From an uncultured Clostridia bacterium (GTDB lineage Bacteria; Bacillota; Clostridia; TANB77; CAG-508), in assembly GCA_947629045.1 (NCBI GenBank), contig CANRCF010000001.1, positions 72,078-136,077 of the forward strand: 64,000 nucleotides of DNA, read 5' to 3'. The notes beneath the pieces are model-generated. The model saw only the letters and a program-made list of their open reading frames with translations. It searched no databases and was not told where the DNA came from. Position numbers and translations under genes: made by a program. Shown piece after piece: positions 49,418-59,317 of this stretch; the stretch's first letter is position 1, and the number at the start of each line of letters is the position of its first letter.

Positions 49418-50917
49418 TTATTTAGCCTTATTTACTTCAAAATAGAACTCTACGCCATTTTCCTTATTTAAAGCACCATACGCATTTGCATAGTTTGTTT
49501 GAATTGCCTTTACAAGCGCAAGACCTATTCCTGTTCCGCCATTCTCTCTATTTCTTGACTCATCAATTTTATAGAACCTGCCCCATATTCTCTCTAAATC
49601 TTCTTCAGATATTTGTTTTCCTGTGTTATAAATTGACATTTTTATTTTTTCTTCTTTTTCTTCGATAGTAATTTTTATTTGCTTTTTGCCATCTACTTCT
49701 TCGGCATGCTTAATTGCATTTGTGAAATAATTTGTTACAACTTGGTCTATGTAAAAATCGTCTGCATACGCATAAACTTGCTCTTTTGCGTCAAATACAA
49801 CTTCTATTTGTTTTTCTTTAAGCATAACGTCACATTTTCTAATAACTTCTTTGGTTAGTTCTACTAAATTAAATTTACTGTCATTAAATTCTCTTTTTCC
49901 ATATTCTAATTTCATAAGTTCTAAAAGTTGTTTTACTAGCTTATCCATTTTGTTTGATTCATCTAAAATTACTTCAGCATAAAATTTTCTAGATTCCTCA
50001 TCTGTATTTACATTTTCAAGTAATCCCTCTGCATAGCCTTGAATTAAAGCTATTGGAGTTTTAAGTTCATGTGATACATCTGAAATAAATTGCTTACGCA
50101 TTTCATCTATTTTTGATTTTTCTTCAATATCTTTTTCTAGTTCAAAATTGTTTTCTCGTAATTGTTTAATTGTTGTTTCTAGCTTATCTGACATGGTATT
50201 TATATTTTTACCAAGTTCATTTATTTCATCATCTGAGTCTGTAATTCGGTATTTCTGGCTAAAATCTAATTTTGAAACTTTTTTGGTTATATCATTTAAT
50301 TGCAAAATTGGGTCTGTAAACTTACGAGAAATAAAAGATGCAATAAATGATGATAATATAATTGTTAAAATACCTATACAAAATAAAGTAGTATTTGAAA
50401 TTCTAACACTTTCTTCTATTGGAGCAATTGGCATTCTTATGTATAAATTGTAGTCATTAACTAGTGTTGCTGTTAATAAAATATAATTTGAATTATTGCT
50501 ATTATCCATTATTGTAGTTATTTCAATTTCTTTATCTTTGTAAATAGTATTAGTTCTACTAAATTTTCCTTTTAATTCAGCTAAATTGGTTATTTGGTTT
50601 ATGTTGTCTAAAAAATCTCTATCGGTTGAAAATAGTATTAAGTTTGTATCTGTTTTTATTAAAATATCAAAGTTATTTCTATATGCTATTTTTCTTATTT
50701 CATTCTCCAAGTTATATTCTAATGATGGCTCTGCATAATAATCATTTATTCGTTTATATGCTTCCTTGATTGCCTTTGTTTTACTATACATATAGAAATT
50801 TTCTAGCACTAAATTATTTATAATTACAAGGCACAAAACTAAAAACATTATGATAACGCATAATGTAAAAAATAACCTTACTCTTACTGATTTTAGTTTT
50901 TCTTTTAATTTTTTCAT
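49418..50917 (-). CDS. Two-component sensor histidine kinase
   Basis: Two TM helices, HAMP, H-box FISDVSHELKTPIA, and N/G boxes (...NAIKHA...GGTGIGLALV). Confidence 0.85.
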   Translation of the reverse strand: MKKLKEKLKSVRVRLFFTLCVIIMFLVLCLVIINNLVLENFYMYSKTKAIKEAYKRINDYYAEPSLEYNLENEIRKIAYRNNFDILIKTDTNLILFSTDRDFLDNINQITNLAELKGKFSRTNTIYKDKEIEITTIMDNSNNSNYILLTATLVNDYNLYIRMPIAPIEESVRISNTTLFCIGILTIILSSFIASFISRKFTDPILQLNDITKKVSKLDFSQKYRITDSDDEINELGKNINTMSDKLETTIKQLRENNFELEKDIEEKSKIDEMRKQFISDVSHELKTPIALIQGYAEGLLENVNTDEESRKFYAEVILDESNKMDKLVKQLLELMKLEYGKREFNDSKFNLVELTKEVIRKCDVMLKEKQIEVVFDAKEQVYAYADDFYIDQVVTNYFTNAIKHAEEVDGKKQIKITIEEKEEKIKMSIYNTGKQISEEDLERIWGRFYKIDESRNRENGGTGIGLALVKAIQTNYANAYGALNKENGVEFYFEVNKAK

Positions 50918-51002
50918 TTTTCCTCTCTCTATTTTCCTTTATATTGTACTAATTTTATGCTATTTTTTATAATTTGTTTTGTGATTGATTTACTCAATAT
51001 AA

Positions 51003-51680
51003 TTACTTAATTTCAAACTTGTAGCCAATTCCTCTCATAGTTTCAATATACTTTCCTTTTTTACCTAGTTTATGTCTTATTTTCTTTATATGGCTATCAA
51101 TAGTTCTTGAATCTCCATAATAGTCATAGTTCCATACATTGTTTAATATTTTATCTCTTGATAAAGCAATATTTTCATTATCTACTAAATACTTTAATAG
51201 CTCATATTCTCTTAGGCTCATGTCTACTTGCTTGCCATCTACTTTTACAGTTCTGCCTTCTGGGTCTATTACAATTCCCCCATAGTCTTTTGTTTCGTTT
51301 TTATCTCCAGAAGTTCTTTTTAATATAGCCTCTACTCTTGCAACTAAAATCTTTGGGCTAAATGGCTTAGAAATATATTCATCTACGCCTAATTCAAATC
51401 CAAATAATTCATCTTGTTCTTCGCCTCTTGCTGTAAGCATTACAATAGGAACTTTCGAGGTTTGTCTAATTTGACGAAGTACAGACCAACCATCTAACTT
51501 TGGCATCATAACATCTAATAAAATCAAATTTATCTTACTTGAATTTTCTTCATATACTTTTAATGCTTGTTCTCCGTCTTCTGCTTCTAGTATATTATAA
51601 CCTTTTTGCAATAAAAAGTCTTTAATTAATTTTCTCATTCTTGATTCATCATCTACAACTAATATGGTACTATTATTCAT
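51003..51680 (-). CDS. OmpR-family response regulator
   Basis: MNNSTILVVDDE...LILLDVMMPKLDG... plus a winged-helix C-terminus (...IETMRGIGYKFE). ATG at 51680 is preceded by GAGGAGG. Confidence 0.9.
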   Translation of the reverse strand: MNNSTILVVDDESRMRKLIKDFLLQKGYNILEAEDGEQALKVYEENSSKINLILLDVMMPKLDGWSVLRQIRQTSKVPIVMLTARGEEQDELFGFELGVDEYISKPFSPKILVARVEAILKRTSGDKNETKDYGGIVIDPEGRTVKVDGKQVDMSLREYELLKYLVDNENIALSRDKILNNVWNYDYYGDSRTIDSHIKKIRHKLGKKGKYIETMRGIGYKFEIK

Positions 51681-51789
51681 ATTGCTTCCTCCTCGCAATT
51701 TTACTTTTAATTATTGCATATTGTTTAATGTAAATTTCAATATTATTATACATTATATATTGGCTTTATGTCTATATTGTGAACGGAAG

Positions 51790-52866
51790 TTAAACAATAT
51801 ATTTAATTTCATTATTTGGAAAATATTTTCTCATTAAATCTCTTAAAAATATTTCCGCTTCTTCTCTTACTTCTCTGTTATAGGTATATTTGCCTTTTCC
51901 TCTACCAGTCATAATGTTTGGGTTATATAAATTAAGTAAAGTTGGAAATGCTTCTTCGTTTATTTTTCTATGAATGTAACTATAAGTCATAAATATAAGC
52001 TCAAAGAAAGCCACTTTTTTTACTTTTTCACTTAAATTTTCAGCTAAATATTGTACTAGTTCAGTATATTTTTCTCTCCAATCTTCTACTAGAATAATTG
52101 GTGCTATTAAAATTCCTATTGGATAATCTGCATCACATAGCTTGTTTATTGCTTGAACTCTTTTTTCAAGTGGAGATGTCCCTATTTCAACAGTTCTTAC
52201 TATTTCTTTTGGATTTACGCTCATTCGTACTATTATTTTTCCTTTATGGTTTAAAGGAAGTATTGGGTCTACCATATCAAATTTAGTTGGGAATGTTAGA
52301 AATCCTTTTTGATTTTCTACAAAATTTTCTATTGTCCAATTTAAGTTTCCTGTAATTGTATTTTCTAAAATTAAGTCGCTATTACTTCCTATTTCTAATA
52401 CTAAATCTTTCTCACTTTGGTTTGCTACTTTCTTAATTTTATCTAGCATTTGCTCACGATTAACAAATAACCTTAAATATGCACATTTGTTATAATTACA
52501 TACTAAGTAGCAGTATAAGCACATTGCTATACAACCTGATGAAGTGTATGGCACTAGGAAGTCTGAAATTTTGTGTTCTGTGGAATGCTCATTTTTAACA
52601 TTATTCCACTTTCCTTTTCCCTTATCTTGATTTGGTACAAAGTTATGTGTTTTACGAATTCCGATTATCAAATTTTGCTTCATGTTAGGAAATTCGCTGT
52701 TTGATTTTTTCCTCATTTCTTCTATGTTGTTATGATTTGCAATTTCTATACATGGAATTCCTTTCTCTCTATATCTTGTAAGTAGCTCTTTTCCAAGCTT
52801 ATAATTTTCACTTTCTTTTTCATAATAAACTGATTTAGGCAAGAACATAAGTATTCTCCTTTTCAT
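51790..52866 (-). CDS. splB: Spore photoproduct lyase (radical SAM)
   Basis: 358 aa with CIAMCLYCYL (CxxxCxxC) and overall SplB-like sequence. Confidence 0.8.
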   Translation of the reverse strand: MKRRILMFLPKSVYYEKESENYKLGKELLTRYREKGIPCIEIANHNNIEEMRKKSNSEFPNMKQNLIIGIRKTHNFVPNQDKGKGKWNNVKNEHSTEHKISDFLVPYTSSGCIAMCLYCYLVCNYNKCAYLRLFVNREQMLDKIKKVANQSEKDLVLEIGSNSDLILENTITGNLNWTIENFVENQKGFLTFPTKFDMVDPILPLNHKGKIIVRMSVNPKEIVRTVEIGTSPLEKRVQAINKLCDADYPIGILIAPIILVEDWREKYTELVQYLAENLSEKVKKVAFFELIFMTYSYIHRKINEEAFPTLLNLYNPNIMTGRGKGKYTYNREVREEAEIFLRDLMRKYFPNNEIKYIV

Positions 52867-52983
52867 TTTTTACTTATATTCTTGCCTATTTTAAGTTTAT
52901 TATTCTATTAATTTTTACTATATTCTAATATATGTATAGAACTTTATCATATTTCAATTTATCTTTAATTTAAAAATATAAAA

Positions 52984-53035
52984 TCTGACTGACCTGTCCC
53001 TTTTACCCCAAAAATGGGGAATTGGACCTGGTCCC
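52984..53035. repeat. Copy B of the ~50-nt repeat (first copy at 7925..7972)
   Basis: See copy A. This copy overlaps the last 11 codons and the stop of the trmB ORF. Confidence 0.6.
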
Positions 53036-53692
53036 AATAAGTGCTTTAATTTTTATTCCTTGCTCGCTAAACATTTTTTCATGCTCTGTTTCAATGTTTT
53101 CAAAACTATCCCAAAAGTTTTCTTCATTTTTTAAGTCTCTTGTTATCTTTTCTATTTTAAATCCAGTATTTTCAAAATAGTGTATACTTTCTTCAAATAA
53201 ATTACTGTCATCTGTTTTAAAATATATTTTTCCTTCTGGCTTTAAAAATTCTTTGTAGTGTTCAAGTTGCCTTGTATATGTAAGTCTTTTTTTGTGATGC
53301 TTCCCTCTTGGCCATGGGTTACAAAAGTTAATATATATTCCATCTACTGCATCTTGTTCAGATAATATTAGTAAAATTCTTTCTATATCAAATCTAGTTA
53401 AAATTACATTGTCTATTTCTTTTTTTGCTTCTTTGTAAACTTCTTCTACCTTTCTTTTTGCTAAGCCTAACATAGGATCAACTAAGTCTATTGCTATATA
53501 ATTGTTTTCTGGATGTTTTAGAGCCATTTGTGATATAAATGCTCCTTTTCCACATCCTAATTCTACAAATAATGGATTTTCTGGTCTTGCAAATTCTTTT
53601 CTCCATTTTCCTTTTATTTCTTCTGGATGCTCTCTATAAAAAGCACTTTCTTCTAGTTCTTTTCTTGCCCATGGTTTATACCTTATTCTCAT
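53003..53692 (-). CDS. trmB: tRNA (guanine-N7)-methyltransferase
   Basis: MRIRYKPWARKEL...FVELGCGKGAFI...NFCNPWPRGKHHKKRL... The C-terminal ...GTRSNSPFLG is encoded by the repeat. Confidence 0.9.
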   Translation of the reverse strand: MRIRYKPWARKELEESAFYREHPEEIKGKWRKEFARPENPLFVELGCGKGAFISQMALKHPENNYIAIDLVDPMLGLAKRKVEEVYKEAKKEIDNVILTRFDIERILLILSEQDAVDGIYINFCNPWPRGKHHKKRLTYTRQLEHYKEFLKPEGKIYFKTDDSNLFEESIHYFENTGFKIEKITRDLKNEENFWDSFENIETEHEKMFSEQGIKIKALIGTRSNSPFLG

Positions 53693-53783
53693 TTATTTTT
53701 ACCATTCTTTCTAGTTGTCTTTGAATTATTATTTAATTTCTTTATGGAAAATTCAAGTTTTTAAGCTTTTTTATTTTCTATCA

Positions 53784-54983
53784 TTAGTCATTACTACAAA
53801 TATGTTTTCTTGTCATTTCTAAAAGGTCTAATGGTGTAAATCCTATTATCTGTGTTTTAGACCTATCCTTTTTAAGCTCTGCTTCTAATGTTTTTAGAAC
53901 TTTTTGCTTAGTTTCTTCTTTTTCCATATCTATGTAATCTATTATTATAATGCCACCTATGTCACGCATACGTAACTGTTTTGCGATTTCTATGCTTGCT
54001 TCTCTATTTACTGTGCATACTGTTTCTTCTAGCTCTTTGTTTCCAGTATATTTTCCTGAGTTTACATCTATTGCAGTTAAGGCTTCTGTTTTATCTATTG
54101 TAATAAAGCCTCCACATTTAAGCCATATTTTTCTATTATTTGCTTTTTCTAACTGATTTTCTAAACCGTATATATCAAATACATTTTCTCTTTTTTCAAG
54201 CTTTACTTTTCCTTTTAGTCCAACGCCTGCTAAGAACTCGTCAACATAGTTATATACTTCATTATGGTTTGTAACTATTCTTTCTATGCTTTGGTCTATA
54301 ACATCAGTCAATAGTTTTTTTACAATCCCCTCGTTTTTATATAATAATGTTGGTTTTACTTTTGGGCTCTTTTTAAGCTTTTCTGCTTGATTTATAATTT
54401 CTTTATATTCTTCTAATACTTTTTCTATATCTTGTTTTATTAATTCTTCTGCCTTTCCTTCGGCTGATGTTCGTATAATCACACCATAGTTTTTTGGTAA
54501 ATTTTTTCTTGCTATTTCAATTAATCTTTTCTTTTCTGATTCTTTTTCTATTTTTTGTGAAATTGTAATAAATTCAGTATCAGGCATAAGTACAACAAAT
54601 CTTCCTGGTAAACTTATATGGGTAGATACTCTAGCGCCTTTTTTGTTTGTGTTATCTCTTTTTACTTGCACTAAAATTGGCATGCCTGAACGTATATAAT
54701 TTTTAATATCATATTTACTCAATATCTCGTTTTTATTTCCTGTTTCATTGCTAATTTTAGGTATAATATCTTTAATATGAATAAAGGTATTTTTACCTAA
54801 CCCAATATCTACAAATGCTGCTTGCATACCAACTAAAACATTTTCTACTATTCCTAAATATATGTTACCTTCTAATCTTGTCTGGTCTTGTCTTTCTTCA
54901 TATTTTTCTACTAAATTACCATTTTCAACTAAGGTAACAATTTTATTATTTTGTTCATCTTGTTTTATTATAATTTCTTGCAT
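53784..54983 (-). CDS. rng: Rne/Rng-family ribonuclease (RNase G-like)
   Basis: S1 domain (GNIYLGIVENVLVGMQAAFVDIGLGKNTFIH) followed by the RNase E/G catalytic core (...AIDVNSGKY...). Confidence 0.85.
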   Translation of the reverse strand: MQEIIIKQDEQNNKIVTLVENGNLVEKYEERQDQTRLEGNIYLGIVENVLVGMQAAFVDIGLGKNTFIHIKDIIPKISNETGNKNEILSKYDIKNYIRSGMPILVQVKRDNTNKKGARVSTHISLPGRFVVLMPDTEFITISQKIEKESEKKRLIEIARKNLPKNYGVIIRTSAEGKAEELIKQDIEKVLEEYKEIINQAEKLKKSPKVKPTLLYKNEGIVKKLLTDVIDQSIERIVTNHNEVYNYVDEFLAGVGLKGKVKLEKRENVFDIYGLENQLEKANNRKIWLKCGGFITIDKTEALTAIDVNSGKYTGNKELEETVCTVNREASIEIAKQLRMRDIGGIIIIDYIDMEKEETKQKVLKTLEAELKKDRSKTQIIGFTPLDLLEMTRKHICSND

Positions 54984-55168
54984 ATTTCTTTTTTGCTATC
55001 TTACTATTCTATTTTAGATAGATAGTTCTCCCTTTCTTTTACTATTTACTATATTTATATTTTTCTTTACATAGCAATTTAATTTTAATATATAAACTAT
55101 GAATATAGCTTAATATAAATATAACTTAATATGAATATAGCCATTCAAATTTAGTTTTATTCATGTCT

Positions 55169-55726
55169 TTAATTATACTTGTTCATAGCAGAATCAATTC
55201 CATTTTTCAAAAACTCATCTGTTGCTTCTGCTGCCTTCTCTATTCCTACTTCTAAGCTTTTATAAGTTTCTTCATCTAATGGTCCTATTACATAGTCTAT
55301 TGCATCATACTCATCTACCGGCTTTCCAATTCCTACACGTATTCTCGGGAAATCTTCATTTACTAATTCGTGAACTACTGATTTTGCACCATTATGCGTA
55401 CCTGGCCCACCTTTTTTTCTGATTTTAATTGTTCCTACTTCTACATCCATATCATCATAAATTACTAAAATATTTTCTACTGGAATTTTATAAAAGTCTG
55501 CAAATGGCTTTATACATTGGCCGCTTAAATTCATAAAAGTTTGTGGTTTTAGCAAAATTACTTTTTGATTTTCTATTATTCCGCTTCCATATTCGCCATT
55601 AAATTTATTTCTTGTAATATCTATTTCATATTTTTTTGCTATTTTATTTATTACATCGAAACCCATGTTGTGCCTAGTTTTGCTATACTGTGGTTCTGGG
55701 TTTCCTAAGCCTACTATTAAATACAT
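55169..55726 (-). CDS. pth: Peptidyl-tRNA hydrolase
   Basis: MYLIVGLGNPEPQYSKTRHNMGF... Confidence 0.95.
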   Translation of the reverse strand: MYLIVGLGNPEPQYSKTRHNMGFDVINKIAKKYEIDITRNKFNGEYGSGIIENQKVILLKPQTFMNLSGQCIKPFADFYKIPVENILVIYDDMDVEVGTIKIRKKGGPGTHNGAKSVVHELVNEDFPRIRVGIGKPVDEYDAIDYVIGPLDEETYKSLEVGIEKAAEATDEFLKNGIDSAMNKYN

Positions 55727-55727
55727 A

Positions 55728-56864
55728 TTAATCTCTTTCTCTTTCTTTATTATTTTCTACTTTATATTGTGATATTTGTTTATAATATTGCTCTAAAAGT
55801 TCTACACTTTTATTCCAATTAAAATTTTGAGCTGTTTTACTTGCATTTTTAGCAAGCATTTTTCTATACTCCTTATTTTTAATTAATTCTTCTACTTTTT
55901 CAACAATATCATCTACGCTATTCTTTTTTACAATAAGTCCATTTACTTTATCTTGTACAAAATCTGAAATTCCTCCGTTATCTGTTGTAACAACAGCTGC
56001 ACCACATGTCATAGCTTCCAAAACTGGTAATCCAAATGATTCATAATCAGATGCACATATATAAATATCTGTATTTCTAAGTGTATTTCCAATTTCTATT
56101 TGTGGTGGGTTTATAATTGCTTTTTCTAAATGTTTTTTGGGTTCGCTTTGGCTTATCCAATGAAAAACAATATTTTTATACTTTTCTTTTAATATAGAAA
56201 CTGCTTGTATTATATTATCTACATGTTTAAATGCGAATTCTTCTGGCCCTATTGTTGTAATATCTATTGTATTTTTTCGTTTTTCTTTTTCATCTCTTTG
56301 GTAAAATATATTTGAATCAACAGCATTGGGAACCACAAATGCTTCTTTTTGATACTCTTTTTTTATTACATCTCTTGCATAACTTGAAACTGTATATACA
56401 AATGGAACAGTTTTTATACGATTTTCTACAATTTCTTTTTTTCTTTCATCTTGATTAGCAATATCAAAAATATGTCCGCCACCCTGTTCAAAATAAGCTA
56501 CTGGAGCGACATTTGCTTTCATTGCACTATAGATATTCTTCCAACTTGTTGCTACTACTAAATCACAATTTGGAATGTTATCTTCCATTTTTTGTTCTGG
56601 AGTTAATTTAATAAATTCTATTTTTTCATCTAGATGGAACCAATTTGGTTTTTGATCATATGTAACAATTTTAATTTTATGTCCTAGTTCCGCTAATCTA
56701 TTGGCATATTCTAAAATAATTTTGCTACCACCACATGTTTTTGTCCATACCATTAAATATACTATATCAAGTTTTTCTTTTGGTGATGATTGCTTTTCTA
56801 ATTTTTGTTCAGTAGTTTTTTCTTGTCTTTCTAATTCTATTTTTTCAATATCATGTATATCCAT
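55728..56864 (-). CDS. Glycosyltransferase family 4 (GT-B)
   Basis: C-terminal ...ESFGLPVLEAMTCGAAVVTTDNGGISDFV... EX7E-type motif. Confidence 0.8.
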   Translation of the reverse strand: MDIHDIEKIELERQEKTTEQKLEKQSSPKEKLDIVYLMVWTKTCGGSKIILEYANRLAELGHKIKIVTYDQKPNWFHLDEKIEFIKLTPEQKMEDNIPNCDLVVATSWKNIYSAMKANVAPVAYFEQGGGHIFDIANQDERKKEIVENRIKTVPFVYTVSSYARDVIKKEYQKEAFVVPNAVDSNIFYQRDEKEKRKNTIDITTIGPEEFAFKHVDNIIQAVSILKEKYKNIVFHWISQSEPKKHLEKAIINPPQIEIGNTLRNTDIYICASDYESFGLPVLEAMTCGAAVVTTDNGGISDFVQDKVNGLIVKKNSVDDIVEKVEELIKNKEYRKMLAKNASKTAQNFNWNKSVELLEQYYKQISQYKVENNKERERD

Positions 56865-56943
56865 TTAACTATGTATAATCCAATTATTTAATATTACTAA
56901 AATAGTTGAATTACCTCTCCCTTCTATTAAAATTTTATAAAAA

Positions 56944-57444
56944 TTACTTTATACAATATTTTTTATATTGACCATTCTTAAGTATTTCATTTGTACTTTT
57001 AGTTTTTAAAAAGTATTGTTCTATCATTGATGTAATGCAGGCATGAGTTACTATTAATATATTGTTACAGTTTTTATATTTTAATATTATATCATCTAAA
57101 AAACTGTATACCCTTTTTTTCAAATTTTCTAATGTTTCAATTTGAAATTCTTCTATTCTATTTTCATAATCTTCAATACTATATTTTCCTTCTAATTTTC
57201 CAAAGCTTCTTTCTATTAATCTATTATCTACTATAATTTCAGAATTTGTAACTATTTTAGCTGTTTGTAAGGCTCTTTTTAAAGGTGATGAAAAAACAAT
57301 TTCAAAGTTAATATCTTTTAACTTTTCTGTCACCATTTTAGCTTGCTCAATTCCGTTGCTATTTATTGGAATGTCAACCTGACCTTGAAATTTGCCTTGT
57401 ACATTATAATCTGTTTGTCCATGTCTTAATACATATATATTCAT
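56944..57444 (-). CDS. Histidine phosphatase family protein
   Basis: MNIYVLRHGQTDYN (RHG motif) ... VTHA. Confidence 0.8.
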   Translation of the reverse strand: MNIYVLRHGQTDYNVQGKFQGQVDIPINSNGIEQAKMVTEKLKDINFEIVFSSPLKRALQTAKIVTNSEIIVDNRLIERSFGKLEGKYSIEDYENRIEEFQIETLENLKKRVYSFLDDIILKYKNCNNILIVTHACITSMIEQYFLKTKSTNEILKNGQYKKYCIK

Positions 57445-57500
57445 CTTCTACTTCCTTTTTATCATTAAAAAGATTAACCCTTTTAGGGTCAATCTCTTTT

Positions 57501-58151
57501 TTAAATTTTATTTGCTCTTTTTAAAATTGCACTAGCTACCTCTTTAGCCATTTTAGGTAAAGACTGCCACGATTGTGAATTATTATCTATTCTTCCTATA
57601 TGTATTTCTTCTATTTTTATATTGTTATTTATCATATCTAATAATATGCCTATATCTACTCCATAGTCTTTTTCAAATACTATCTTATCAAAAGCCTCTT
57701 TTGTTCCGGCTATAATTCCACTTAATGGTTGTTCAAAATTTTTTATATTAGGAAAAAGTAGCTCTAATAATGGTTTTGCAACTAGTTCAGTTACTCTGCC
57801 ACCTTCTCTAATAAAGGCAGATTTTGTAAATTCTGCCTTGCCTTCAATTATTGGACTTACCATTAAATTTATTATATCATGTGTATAAATACCAAGGTCG
57901 CCATCTATAAATGTAATAATGTTTCCTGTTGCATACTTAATGCCTTCTTCCATTGCATAACCTTTTCCTCTATTTTGACAATATACTGTTTTTACCTTTT
58001 TCTCTTTTGCAATTTCTTCTGTTCTATCTGTTGAACAATTATTTACTACTATAATTTCTGTATCTATTTTACTTTCTCTTACTTTATCTATAACTTGTCC
58101 TATTGTTTTTTCTTCGTTATAAGCTGGTATAATAACACTTACATTGTTCAT
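57501..58151 (-). CDS. Glycosyltransferase family 2
   Basis: VSVIIPAYNEEKTIGQVID...FIDGDL (DxD). Confidence 0.8.
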   Translation of the reverse strand: MNNVSVIIPAYNEEKTIGQVIDKVRESKIDTEIIVVNNCSTDRTEEIAKEKKVKTVYCQNRGKGYAMEEGIKYATGNIITFIDGDLGIYTHDIINLMVSPIIEGKAEFTKSAFIREGGRVTELVAKPLLELLFPNIKNFEQPLSGIIAGTKEAFDKIVFEKDYGVDIGILLDMINNNIKIEEIHIGRIDNNSQSWQSLPKMAKEVASAILKRANKI

Positions 58152-58234
58152 AAATTTCTCCTTGTTGGAACTAATTTTTACTTATCAATTATATCAAATA
58201 TTATTGATTTTGTCAAAGAAGTAAGATTTTGAAT

Positions 58235-59242
58235 TTACAATAATTTTTCCCATTTTTTCTTTATATTATAAACATTATAATTAAAGCCCTTAATATTGTT
58301 TTTCAAGCTATCTTTCTCTTTTACAATTTCTTTTATTCTATCTTTCCAATTTTCCATATCATTTTTAGGCAAAATAATACCATCTTTTAAGTCTGTAATT
58401 TGTTCAAAAGCCGCTTCAAAATCAGTTACTATACACGGAGTGCCAACTATTTTAGATTCTGTAATTACTAGTCCAGAGGTTTCTCTTTCACTAAGCAATA
58501 CTGTATAATCACTATTTTTCATATAACAATATGGGTTGTCTTTATGTCCCATCATAATAATATTGTTCGAATAATCTTTTAACAAATTAACAACTTCGTC
58601 ATGCTCTTTCTTATTGCTTCCTTTTCCTAATACATACCACTTAAAATCAATATTTTCTTTCATTAATAGCTCAGCTAAATATTTAACTCTTGTATAACCT
58701 TTTATTGGTGCAAATCTAGCTACTGTTGTTAATGTTAAAGTTTTTCCTTTTTCTATTGATATATTAACCTTAGATTTCTGTTTAATTTCTTGTACTTGTA
58801 ATATATTATGTATGATTTCTATCATGTCTTTAGCTTTTGGGCAAATTGATATTAGCTTGTCCTTTGCGTACTTACTTACTGTTATTACTTTATCAATATA
58901 TTTATTTTCAATGCCATCTATTAAAAATTCTTCTTGACCATCACCAAAATAATGAAACCAAAAATATGCATTTTTGTAACGTACATTTTTTATAATTGTT
59001 TTAATTTCAGTGCTAGCTTGTGTACAATATATTAATGTATCTATTTCAATTGGTAAATAAATATTTTCATATTTAGCAACTTCATTATATTTATCTAGCA
59101 TTTTAGAATATGAATTATCTTTATCTTGATAATAATATAAAAATTCATATTCTTCTTTATTTAATGCTTTCATCAAGTTTAAGGTTTCAATTTCAGTTCC
59201 CCCATTGTATATACCACTAAAATAAAAAAGGATTCTTTTCAT
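58235..59242 (-). CDS. Glycosyltransferase family 4 (GT-B)
   Basis: ...RETSGLVITESKIVGTPCIVTDF... The start is taken at MKRILFYFSG, while the track ORF begins 14 codons earlier. Start is uncertain. Confidence 0.7.
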   Translation of the reverse strand: MKRILFYFSGIYNGGTEIETLNLMKALNKEEYEFLYYYQDKDNSYSKMLDKYNEVAKYENIYLPIEIDTLIYCTQASTEIKTIIKNVRYKNAYFWFHYFGDGQEEFLIDGIENKYIDKVITVSKYAKDKLISICPKAKDMIEIIHNILQVQEIKQKSKVNISIEKGKTLTLTTVARFAPIKGYTRVKYLAELLMKENIDFKWYVLGKGSNKKEHDEVVNLLKDYSNNIIMMGHKDNPYCYMKNSDYTVLLSERETSGLVITESKIVGTPCIVTDFEAAFEQITDLKDGIILPKNDMENWKDRIKEIVKEKDSLKNNIKGFNYNVYNIKKKWEKLL

Positions 59243-59317
59243 TTTAAATTTCATTCCTTTCTTAGTTTGTTCGAAAATACACATAATTATGAAAATTTAT
59301 TATTTCCAAATTATTTT

